Origin: a virus | Direction: 5' to 3' (one strand) | DNA length: 64,000 nt | Virus record (IMG/VR): IMGVR_UViG_3300023174_000120 | Span: 1 to 64,000 of that record | Part shown: positions 28,722-41,500 of the stretch, in pieces | How positions within the stretch are numbered: position 1 is the first letter of the stretch | Layout of the letters: each line of letters opens with the position of its first letter | The notes under the pieces: model-generated | Database searches by the model: none | Seen by the model: the letters and a program-made list of their open reading frames with translations, nothing else | What the model was told of the DNA's origin: nothing | Program-made: the position numbers and the translations under genes

Positions 28722-29519
28722 TTAAAAGGTGGTGGCATAGAGTTTACGCCAGGTATTGGTGGCAACACATATATAGACAAAATCCCCAGAGTAGGCAATC
28801 TGCCCAACTGTTCCCGAACTGCTGCTATTAGCAGGAGCCGATACTATTGTAATAGCGTTTGCTCCACTGGGACCACTTGGCCCGCTGGGTCCACTAGATC
28901 CTTGCGGACCTGATGCTCCTTGTGGACCTTGTGGTCCTTGTGCTCCAGCCCCTTGAGGTCCGCTAGGTCCCTGTGGTCCTGCTACATTACTAACTCCACT
29001 GGGGCCGCTTGGGCCCTGAGGGCCAACAAACCCCCGGGGGCCTTGTGGTCCCGCTACATTACTAACTCCACTAGGTCCTTGTGTACCACTTGGTCCGCTT
29101 GGTCCTTGTGGCCCGGTAACTCCTTGCGGTCCTTGGGCACCTGCTCCACTTGGTCCGCTCGGCCCTTGTGGCCCTGCTATATTACTAACACCACTTGGGC
29201 CACTGGGCCCTTGTGGACCGGTCACTCCTTGTGGTCCTTGAGCACCGGTATATCCAGTATAACCAATAGGACCTTGTGGGCCTACTACACCTTGTGGTCC
29301 TTGTGGTCCAGTTACACCGTTTGTTCCTGCCGTTCCATTTGGGCCACTGGGACCTTGTGGTCCTGTGCCACTCGGGCCGCTTGGGCCGCTAGGACCTCTG
29401 GATACCTGATTTAAAATGTCTTGATAAGACGCACGTCTAGCCAGCCGATGATCCTCGACAATAAAATATGTTTCATCTGTTGCTGTTGTAATAACAGGTA
29501 ATTGCGAAATCTTTGGCAT
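28722..29519 (-). CDS. collagen-like (Gly-X-Y) fibre protein
   Basis: Long GPQ/GPS triplet run, 'KISQLP' N-terminus and 'YICVATNTW' C-terminus. Confidence 0.9.
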   Translation of the reverse strand: MPKISQLPVITTATDETYFIVEDHRLARRASYQDILNQVSRGPSGPSGPSGTGPQGPSGPNGTAGTNGVTGPQGPQGVVGPQGPIGYTGYTGAQGPQGVTGPQGPSGPSGVSNIAGPQGPSGPSGAGAQGPQGVTGPQGPSGPSGTQGPSGVSNVAGPQGPRGFVGPQGPSGPSGVSNVAGPQGPSGPQGAGAQGPQGPQGASGPQGSSGPSGPSGPSGANAITIVSAPANSSSSGTVGQIAYSGDFVYICVATNTWRKLYATTF

Positions 29520-29520
29520 C

Positions 29521-32500
29521 TTAATTTCCTTCTAGCGGCTGGTCTTCGTCTGTAGTAATAGCGTATCCGTCATCTCCAACCAATCCCGGATCACCTCCAT
29601 AATAATACTTATCTGGTAATTCAGCAGGGCGCAACTGTAAGAACTTGGCCTGCGTTGTGCTGCTCACCATTAAAGATTTAGTTTCATCAGAACTTATTAT
29701 ATCATTCCATACTGTTGTTAAATCTTTCTTGGTCACTACTAATTTTATTCCCCCCTGAACTCCGTTATCAATATTTAATATTAAATCAAAACTATTTTTA
29801 ATTAGCAAACTGGCATTTGATTCTGTATTAACAGTGAATCCTAATTCTGTAAAATCATAACCTACAGCAAGTTTAACATATGATAAAGCATCTGTTAATG
29901 TAACTTGCCCGTCACCATTTAAATCATACAATAAGTCTTCCGGTAATACTCCAATGGCCATTTTAACAGCATCTATTCCGAAATTTAATGCCATTGTTTT
30001 ATCAATAATTTCAACAGTGAATTCTGGCGGTTGATAGTCTAATCCTCTGTAAACATAACCATTAACTGATGACGAATCTACTGAGTTTTCATATATCCAT
30101 ACCTGATTAGTATCTTCAACAATATATCCTTGGCCCATAACTGTAGTGGATGGCAATAAATCTACTGTAGAGGTGGTACCAATAGATGTATATCTAGGAC
30201 TATCATAAGATACTGTAATATCTTGATGGAATGTTCCTGTCTTGTTTAATTTTCGACCGCCATACCGAACATCTATTTGATTGCTAATAAATCCCTGTCC
30301 TTCTTGAAGTATTAAATTAGTACTAAATGTTATTCCATCATTGATATATTGATGATAGGTTCCTGTATTTGCAACATAATCAATAGAACTGATAGAATAT
30401 GTATTGGTTGATGTAGAAGTCAATAACACCTGTTTGTAAATATTTTCTTTGTAAGGAACAGTTTGATCTAACCCTTGATCAATAACTTTGGTATTTTCTT
30501 CGCTGTAAAAACTAGGTGCTGTTCCTAATGTTGATCTACGCAACTGTCCCAACACATTTCCTGTAACTGTAAAGAATTCTATACGCTCGCCGTCAATAAT
30601 TACAACACCGGGCATATTTTTAGCCACTAACGGTGGGGTCAATACCGACGCATCTGCTACATAAATCTCAGTATCGGTAAACGATAACGGCTGAGTTAAG
30701 TAGGTTGTATTTTGTTTGCTCAGTCTCTTAAAATGTGTTCTATTAAAGATGTCATTGAACACTCGATAACCTAACACAGTAGTAGCCAATGGCGAGTCAC
30801 TGATCGATATAATAGTAATTTTATCACTTGCTGTATGCTCAAATCTCGAACTTATTTGAACTGTAACTAGATCGTCTAAAATTTCATAATCTAGTTTATT
30901 AACCAGTGGTATACCATTGACAATAACCCAAACATAATTGTCATTGAGAGCCGGGCGACTGATTTGATATCTACGCCCAGCAAGTCCAATAAACTGCTCA
31001 GTTCTAATAAACATATTATCATGATTGTTATAGGTAATAACTTTGATCTGTTTACTAGTTGAGAATCCTGGCTCTAAAGATAATACATTACCAACAATAT
31101 CATAATCATAGTTAGGCGTAGCCGGTTTTGATAACACAGCCACTACATCATTAACCTGACAAATACCAAAATTAATAGAAACCTGTGTGCCACCAACTAC
31201 ACTGTATTCAAAACCTGGTTTAAGTTCAATACCATTAACATACACTCTTAAACTGCTGCCTAATGTATATGTACCTGTATTGTTGATTGGGAAAGTGGTA
31301 CTATAAAGGTTAACAACTTTATAATAATCAGTATGAGGAGGTCTGAGAATATTTCTTTGACCAGTAGCAGGATCATACAATTCCACAATGGCTTCTTCCG
31401 CTACAGGTTCTATATTTCCCGGAGGATACGATAAAGTATAATAGGTGCTGCCAGTGATAGTGAATGTTTCTTCCTTAACTTCATTAAAATACTTGTTGTA
31501 AGTACCAAAGAACCATGCAGTTACCGTATTGGTTTTATCGGTAGGTAATCTATGTACATTAACAGCAGCTCTACGATTAATAGAATTAGCATAGGTTAAT
31601 TCATAGTAAACACCGGTTCCTGTGGACTCAATTTTTTGACCATTCAGTGTTACATAAGCACTTTTTACAGACTGATAAGAAGATAGACTTTGCGCCTGAA
31701 CTGTTGATGTTCCTATTACAGAAACACTGGACGAATCTATCACTCCGGCTTCTTGATCTGGTCTCCCGCCACCAATGCTAACAATAGTATATCCTAAATT
31801 ACCACTTACTGCTTGTGGTGGTAAAACAATTTGATTGGCAGCCCAATCAATGGTATAAGTGCTGGCAGTAAAATTAGTTCCTGTAATATAAGTGAATATA
31901 TTATTGTTAAATGTTACTATGATGTTGTCGGCACTGGGTGGAACTATTCCCAATGTTTGAGTAGTAGTTGTGCCGGCAACAACATTAACATATGAACTTA
32001 ATACAATAGGACCACCTTGAGGATTTTTAGTATAAACATTTATACCTAGGCTTTCATTAACTTCTCCAGGTACTAATTCTTCAGGAGCATAACTGGTGTT
32101 GGCTGTAATAAACCCGTCGCCATCTATTGTAATATCCTCAGGATTAATACCTAATGCACCAACTCTGGTAGAAGTATTCCAGGTGCCGCCTTCGATAGCG
32201 CTATCTAAAATACTCATTTCAGAATCTAATGTCCAAAATTCTATGCTAGAACCTGTTGAAATTGTTGCAAAAGTTGTTGTATTAAATATAACAAGATTAG
32301 TTGATGTGTTTATATCAACTACTTGAACTGTAGCAGTTGTAAATGTTTGTGTTACTGTGCTGGATACATTAACATATTGCCCTATCGATACTCCTGCTAT
32401 ACTAGATAAGTGAATCGAAGTCCAAGTTCCCCCGACCGAAGATGAAGCAGAACTAGAAGTTGTGCTGGTATAGAATCCAACACTGTCTGCATACGAAGAT

Positions 32501-35500
32501 GAATCATAACCGGTATATACGTCCCAGTCTGTGGCATAGTCAAACATTAATCCTTCAACTCTAGTCTTAGGATAAACAATTCCAGTCATAAGTTGGCCAA
32601 GGTCTAATCCTGGCATGCCAGCTGTTGCTGTATAAAAATTTAAAACTCTATCGGCAGCATTTAATAAACTGGTTTTCTTATAATAGGATACCACCAATGT
32701 TTGACCGATTGGAGGGGTATAATTTAAAAATACAATTTTACTTCTATTTTTACGATATTCCCCAGTAAATTGTCCATAATCTTCATCGTAATAAGTTATA
32801 GAATAATCTAAACCTAATACCAGTGCGCCGCCTAATGTAACTGTAATTTTAGATTTATCGGGCTCTGCTTCCCAACTCAGCACAAATGAATTATCTGAAC
32901 CATTACAAATAAAGGTGTCAACTGTTTGAAGATTTTCAATTTCAATACCTCTACTAACCCTATCAAACTTCATTCCAATAAGATTTGTTCTAACAGTACC
33001 GCTGGTTAGATAATTGTCTGTCCACGATTTCCACGGATATACATTGGTTAATGTATTGGTAATTGTAAAGGTAGAAGAACTTTCACTAGCAAGAATTTCT
33101 ATGCTGGTAAATTGATTTGTATTTTTATCATAGTATGAAGGAAGATCAAAGTCAGTGTTGTACGATCCAGTGGGCTCTAATACACTGTACTTAGATGTGA
33201 AACTTCTAATGTTGGTATGATAAGGTTTAACTTCCTTGATATAATCTTCAAAGTATTCAGTATTTTGTAATTTATAAACTGTGCGTTGATCTAATGTTCC
33301 AGCATTGTTTACTACATTAATAAAGGATGTTTTAAATGCCCAATCTAATAATTTCTGTTCACTTAGTGCATATTTTACTGCTTTGAAAAATAAGTAATTC
33401 CAATTAACTTTTAAGTCATTGATAAACAAATCATCTCTTAATGCTATCAAAATATAATTTAATTCAGTGTCAGGTGTTTGATCATATAGTGTTTGATCAT
33501 AACTACTTACTTGATCAAAGTTAAGATTACTATTAGCAAAATCCCAAACAGTGTCTAATATTTGAATTGTACCATTTTCACTGTAGACAATATTAAACTG
33601 CTCACTAAAATCTCCTACCATACCATCAAGAACTCTTTCTACTATAATATAGTATCCTAAACCACCATTTTTAATTTTGACATAATCCCCGGCCTGTAGA
33701 TCTTCTAGTGATTCTAATTCATATATTTCGTCAACGGTATAAGCATAATCTACGAATGGGTTATAATCAGGGCTGATCCAATCACGATAGTCCCAATAGA
33801 TGGTAGTATTATACTGTTGTGTATGTATTCTTGACCAAGTACTAGTTGACACATCGTAAACAAACTCGCTCCACTTTCCATTATTTTCGGCATCTGCTAA
33901 AACAATTACAGTATAAGATCTAACTTGCAATACCGGCGCCGTTGTAAACTTAGATCCAGCATTTACTATTTCGGTATCAATTACACTGCCATATTGGTCA
34001 ATAATTGTTTTAATTTCGGCCAAAGAATCAGTGGGCAATTTAACCAATGGGCTTATCTTATATCCATATCCCGGATTGTCAATATTAACAGTGACTATTC
34101 TACCATTTTCTATTTCACAAGAAATTTCAGCCTTTACAAAATTTCTAGTATCAACTGTTAATAATCCTTCGTTGTCTTCAACTACTTCATCGTACCTATG
34201 ACTATCTTCATACGGCACGGTTTCTTGTTTGTTTAAATTAGCAAAACTATAATTGCCAGTAATACGATTCGTAATTAGCACACCGTTAGAAAATTCAACA
34301 ATATTTCTAATGGCCTCGGATCTATTTTTAAACAGAGTTTGGCGTGGTCTGATACTGATCCCGTACCTGGCTCTGGAGGACAAAGCAGGATCAGGAACTG
34401 GATTACCTAAACTATCGTGCCCTAATAAACTGTCAAATAGTTTCTTTTCTAACAGTGTATTTGGTCGGCTGGTTGCTAATCCTTCCTGTAGTAGTAACCA
34501 TTCAGTGTGCAATGGAATAGGATTATTAATAATATCGTAATTGATATTAATATGTATTCTGTCATCAACTAGTGTATCACCCAGATTAGATAACATCATA
34601 GAATCTTGATCAATAATCGCAGCATATTTTAACCCGTATAATGTTGGGTCAGCTATAATACTTGCTATTTGATTGGCAGTGATTCTTCTGTTTTTTGTAT
34701 TAGGTAATGTTACTTTATTTTTTACCCAGAAATAATATCTGTTTTCAAATGACAAAGTAGCAGAATTATAGACCTGTTTGATAGATACCACAGAATCATC
34801 AGGGTATTTAGGTTGTCCACTGATTCCCTGTGATAATCCTGCTACTGTATCAGCAATTTGAGACCATTCGCTAGGCAAGTATGGAGTTCCTACCCATTCG
34901 TATATGTCAATGCTGGAACCAGGAAACACTCGTCCCCAGTTGTTTTTTCTATAGGTTACATCTGCCTGTTCGTACCAAACATATTTTACTGTACTGAGAT
35001 CCCACCATAACTCGCCGACATGACTATCTAACCAGTTGATATCGGTATTATTAACGGTAGCACTAGTGCCGGTTGAATATATTGCAGGATCTGTAAGAGA
35101 TTTATATCTTACGTCTTGATCTGCTTGTCCGGCAATTTTACCTTTTACCGGATCAATGGTGTCGAGGTAATCAATTACTTCTTCATTAAAAGAATCAATT
35201 ATGGAAATTTTCTGTACGGTGTTTAAATCCACTAATTGATTTTGTTTTCTAATTGCTTGAAGACTGTCAGATTCTGTGTCTATTTTATAAAATTGATGAA
35301 CAGCACCCGGTGTATCGCTACTATAAGCAGGAGCACCAACATAGATGCTGTTGTCATTAACTGCTACGCTATATCCATAATTGGTTCCAGAACTGGCATT
35401 CACAGGAACAAGTTCGTAAGTTAATCTAAATTTATTTGTTTTTCTATTATAGATATAAACCGATCCCGAATCATTAGATGAATCGTAAAATACTGTAGAG

Positions 35501-38500
35501 TCAGCGTCAAATGTTGTGGATTCAGCAAGTGTAGCACTGTCTGGGTTTTTGGCATAGGGAGTGGTCGGATCAGGCTGATCAGCAGACGATAACAGATCTT
35601 TATAGGTATCAAATGTTGTAATGATATGTTTATTTTTACCTATAGCAGAAATAACTAATTCTGTATTATTATTGTTAATATCAATTGCTTGCCCAAACTT
35701 CATTCCGACTGTCGGTAGCGGATTCTCTAAAACACTATCTAATACAAATAAATGGTTAGTTAATGTATACACAGCAACCTTACCATAAGATTGATCAGTA
35801 CCCCTAGCATCTATTGCCGAAACAAACAAATATGATCCATCTGAAGAAACTTTAACAACTTCTCCAAATTTAGAATGGTCGCCGAATGGTGAGCTAATTG
35901 TTTGAATATAAGTTAATGATGTTCCTGTAAAGATTGAAACTATCCCAGCATTGTTTGAATGTCCGGGGGCGCCAATTGCTATTACACCAGCATCGTCAGA
36001 TCCACTGATTGAATATCCCCAACGATCCCCGGAAGCTAATGTTACACTGGAAGTCGTAACTGATTCAACGTAACTCAGATCAATTGTTCCGGTAGTAACA
36101 GTGCTGGTAGTTACAAGATAGGCATAAACATGACCGGTTCCTTGATTATAAATCTGGGGAGCGCCCACAAGAAGAAGTTTTCCATCATCGGTTTCTGTTT
36201 GTTGAACATAGAGACTATGTCCAAATCTTTCATAACTAGAAGGATTAGGACTTAACAAAACACGTTGGGTATATTCTTCGTTTGTAAGCGGATCAATTGA
36301 GCTGATTTTTACCAGCCCTTCTTGAGTAGAGGTGCTTACTGTTCCTGTATTATAAGCATATCTAATACTGCTAAAATCGTTAGATTTAGTTCCACTTGCA
36401 CCCGGTGCTCCGGCAAAAAATATCCCATAACCAGAAGACCCTGTAACACCAATAAAATCTCTATCATCGTATGCTAAAGAATATCCAAATTCAGCATTGC
36501 CGCCTGGCGCATGATAAGTTATTGAATTGGTATTAAGATTATATCGAATTTTAACTTCAACGCTACCTTTATTTTTTTCAACATCATATTTTTCAGCGTA
36601 TACAAATACTGTTCCTGTATTGTTGGTAGATTTATACCCAGTAGCGCCAACCATAAAGATATTTGAATTTTTGGCTTTAGTTAAACTCCATCCCAACTTT
36701 TCATTGGCTATTGAATTTGATCCAGCAATTGAATATCTATTGTAATTCTTTACCTTTTGATAAACTACCCAATTACCACTCCCATCATCGTCAACCCACA
36801 ATTTTGTTTTAACTGGGAATTGTAATAACGTGTTGTCAGAGGGTAATTCATCGTACAAACTATAGCGAGAATTAACAAATTTAAACAACAGACCAGTCGA
36901 TGCTAGTTCTGTAATAGCATTAGGGGTCGGATAATCAATGACAAACTCTGTAATTTTATTACTGACAGATTTTACTATATAAATTCCATCAATTCTGCTG
37001 TCGCACTCATATATAGCAATAATATCGCCTTTAGATAGGTAATGAGTCTTATCCGTTTTTAATGTAAGTTCGCCTGTAGTACCGTCCTCTACAGAAGCTC
37101 CTATTATTCTAGAACTGGATAATGTGTATCTAAACACACCCCAGTCATTATTTTTCTTGGCTGCTACCCAAACTGTATCTCCACGTTTTATAAGTGTACC
37201 AGAGTCTTGAATAGATAATACAGCAGTTTCATTATATGCCGTATAATTAACATCATCAAAATTCACATATCCAGCAATAGGCAATTGAAACATATCTGTG
37301 CTGGAAGTAGTAACAAATGTTGTAGTAGCAACATAATCAGTAGGAACAATAGACCAACTGGTTGACGTACTGTAATAAATTAAATCATTAGGAACGGACG
37401 GAACTGAATCGATAAATTTGATAATTTGTGGATTTTCAATGAACTTACCTTCCACAAGAGATACTTCTAATTCCTTAAATGTTTCGTAAGATCCATAATG
37501 TCCTACTCTAAATGCCCATTCTTCTGTATAATCTATATCGCCTTGAAGATTATGAATACTGGCCTTGGCCAATTTAGCAATTGAATTACGTGTTCCTTTT
37601 TCTTTAATATACCCCTGATAAAACTTGTACTGACTAATCGGATTAGTGAAGATATTGTTTAGATAAACCCTAGGAGTGTAACCTGTAAGATGCTGAGCCA
37701 TCTTTTGTTGAGCAGAATCAAAATTGTCAATATCTAAACTGTAAAAATCTTCAAACTGACTGATTTTATAATCAAAGTTAGGAATAAGATCTGCAGTAGG
37801 TTTTGATCTTAAAACAGTCCACTTGGTAAAGTCAAATTCAGAATCACCAGGTATGTTTTTATTAGCAGAATAATAATTTCCATTGAATCTAACAACATCG
37901 GCATATCTATAATCAGTATATGTTTTCCAATCGTCTACTACGGCAGTATCATAGATAAATCCTGGACTAAAATAATCTCCGTTCCATCCTGCTGTTCTAA
38001 ATCCAACCAGCTTCATTCTACGTTGACGATATCCAGTTTCTACATCGTATATGGTGTCATTGAACATTGTGGTATTGTTAAACACCATTGCATGTTCTTT
38101 TTGTACATTATTAAGAACAACAAAGTATATACCTTGTGGAGTATTGCTGGTGCGAATAGTACAGGTGCCATTATCTCTGTTCACGCTTAAATTACTATGT
38201 CTAATAGCTTTTCCATTGACCTGTAATACTGCACGATGATAAAAGTTATCAAATATATTATCGACCACACTATCTGCCGAATAAAACTTAACCTGATCAG
38301 CAAATGGACTTAATGTGATTACGCTATTGTCTGCCCAATTCTGTGTAGTCCAAAACAAAAACTCATTTCCTGAAAATTTCCAATCTAATATTGTTTGAAG
38401 ATCGTTATTAAATTGATCAAAAATAAATCCTTGATCTTCTAACCATGCTCCATACCCTACAATAAGATCATAAACTTCTTGAATTTTATCAAACTCAGTG

Positions 38501-41500
38501 CCGTATGGAATCTGAACTACTTTTTTATCATATCTAATAGCAGTCTGTACACTGACACCGCCGTTGATCGGTAATGATGGTAATAATTGGAAAAGATTAG
38601 CGTTAAAGGTATCTCCACTCTTATGATTAATTTTTACTCTGTAAAATCTATCACCATATGAAACTATCTGGCCTTGTTGATAAAATACTCCATATGTTGC
38701 CGATTGTGCTGTAGTAACGTCAACATCGGTCAATCCAGTGCTACCACCCGATGAACTAGACTTCCATAAAACATACGGTTGAGAAACTCCACCTACTGTA
38801 ATTGTCGGTGTGGTGGCATTACGAACTGCTGGATATACATTAAAATATGGTCTATAATTGTCATACCCCCTAACTATAAACTTTCCATTAGACTTTTGAA
38901 CAATAATACCAGAAATTGCTGTTACCTTAACTGGATTGCTGGTGTTTAAAATGAGATTATAATCTTCAGGGGGGAGTATTGCCCCCGAACTTGAACTGGT
39001 AGGATCAATTGCATCAATAATAATCTGCATTTTATTTTTGCTAATGAATCCTCCGACCTTATAGAACAAATTAAAATCAACATACGCAAGATCGCTCTTT
39101 AGCTCTTGTATATAATTTCCAGTTCTTTGTCTACCGGCCTCACTGACAAATACTGAATATCCAGTTGTTAAATCACTACCATTGCCGTGTATTTTAACCA
39201 CATCGGGACTTAAAAACTGATGATCATCGCCATATGTCCATTGATCAGCAATATTTTTTGTAAGTCTAATAGGATCATACAATAACGCAGCATAGTCAGC
39301 GGGTTTGGTTAATGCCAATAATTTCTGCAATACAAATGGCCAATAGCTACTACGACGCCATGCTGTTTCCGCAGGTCCTTGCTGATTAAACGTCCATAAA
39401 CTTCTAATTTTGCCAGGGGTTATGCTGTTGTCTTGAACAATTAATTCAGTAGGATCTAATAAATCGCCAAACTCATCAACTGGTATTACATCCAATAATC
39501 CTTCGCGCACATACAAAGGATTAACTACTCCATTGATTCTACCTGCTGATAAATCTTCCCAAAGCAAACTATTACCACTGGTGTATGGGGCAGGGCCATA
39601 GAGGGTGCTCCACCAATCAGGCTCAATTGTAAATCCTAGCATTTCCCAAGGAGCAGTGTGGGGGCGATCTGTATCGTAAAAATATTTGTAAATTGCTCTC
39701 CAACTACCTGTTAGATTGGTGTCTACAGTGGAATTGTAAGTGTTGGTATAATTCCATGTGTAAGGATTACCTTCGTCAAAAGACGAATTACTGGTAATTT
39801 CTATACCATAGATACCTGCCCAATTATTAAAATCGCCATTGATTATACCCTTTATTTCGTCTTGAGTGTATTGTGTAGCTCTAAATGCTCCAGGAATAAC
39901 AGTATTATAATCTAATAGTTCGTTACGATACGATGCCTTGATATTATTAAAAATACGTTTTTCAAATTCTAAAATAATATCATCTCTGTAATCATTATAG
40001 GCAATCATTAAACTACCGTCGTGACCTTGAATAACCATTGTATCTTGGTCTACGTAAGTTGTATCATTAAAAATCTTAGGAATATATTTTGGATATAATC
40101 CTAATTTTGTAGGAGTAGATGGAACAAAATTACCAACTGTATTGGTGTAATCATTTATAACAATGGTATCGCCTACTGCCAAATCAACTAGTATTTTAAC
40201 ACTGGAATCATTAACTTCAAATTGATATTCGATATCATGTATCAATTGTGATCCATTAAGATATACCAACACTGCTCTCATTGACAACACCAAAGGATCA
40301 TAGTCAGTAGTAATCGAATAAATCTTATTTCTGCTATTGGTAACCGTCCAAGTTCTTACAATCTTATCTGTACCATATGGAGTCATATCAGACAGATAAT
40401 ACGGACTTAATGTATCTTTGTCGGCATTTAATTCATTAAGAACCTGATCAACAGCCGCAACCGGATCAGTCTGATTATCAATCTTTGTTATTTTTCTTAA
40501 GAAAGCCAATTTATACTGATTGTACTGCTCTGCTGCCTTATCTATTGCGTCAATTAAATTGTGTTCTTTTTTACCAATGAATATTTGAGCAAAGGCCAAC
40601 GGATTTATATTTGAAATTAATCTACGTTGACTATTGTTAACATGATCTGCTATCTCACTTAATGTAAGACTAGAAATTGATCCATTTAACGGATTGTTAG
40701 TTAACCCTAACGGCGGTTCATAATAAGTATCACCTGTTTCCGGCGATACCAATGTTGGAATAGGATAAGTGTCGGTCCCTGACCAAACATTAACATACTC
40801 GTTATCTAATTTACAATAAGTAATACCGGTAGAAATTATTTTGGTAGTCTGACTATCAACCGAAATTGAAATCGTATCAGTCATGAAATAGTTTTTAAAC
40901 AGATAACTACCAGTTCCTACACTATTTCGATATTTTATTTTAAATTGTAAAATAGGATCGTAAATAGTTCCTATTTCATATCCAAATATTTTATTTCCAG
41001 CAAAATCACTTTTATAATAAGTGATGTCACTATAACTATTTCCTTGATTATCAAAAAGATCAAATAATGGTGCTTGATTTATAGTTGTATGTTGCTGAGC
41101 ATATATCCAAGTATCGCCATCATACCACCAACTGGTACCAGCATAATCGTTGCCAAGAATAGCACTGGTTACCGATCCTGCTGCCGGTACTGCTATTTCT
41201 TCAAGCGTTAATCTTGTTGTGTTTTGAATGACAACATAATTAACTTGATAAATTTTACTGCGCACTGTCGAATCAGTATCAGCAGTGAAAATAACTTTAT
41301 GACCCTGCTCTAATAACACTCCATCAACATAATATCCAGCCGACCCTTCTACTGTATTAAAAGCATCGGTGGTTGTGGTATCAATTAAATCAATATCCGG
41401 AATTCCTACACTGCCATAATTGTATAATTTTAAATCTGCTTTAAATTCAATGATAGGACGTCTTGCTCTTTTATCAGATGGATATACCGGCTGTTGATCA

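Noticed and set aside
28860-29400. GC-rich repeats as a CRISPR or other non-coding array
   Set aside because: The 9-nt periodicity is collagen Gly-X-Y coding, with no repeat-spacer structure.
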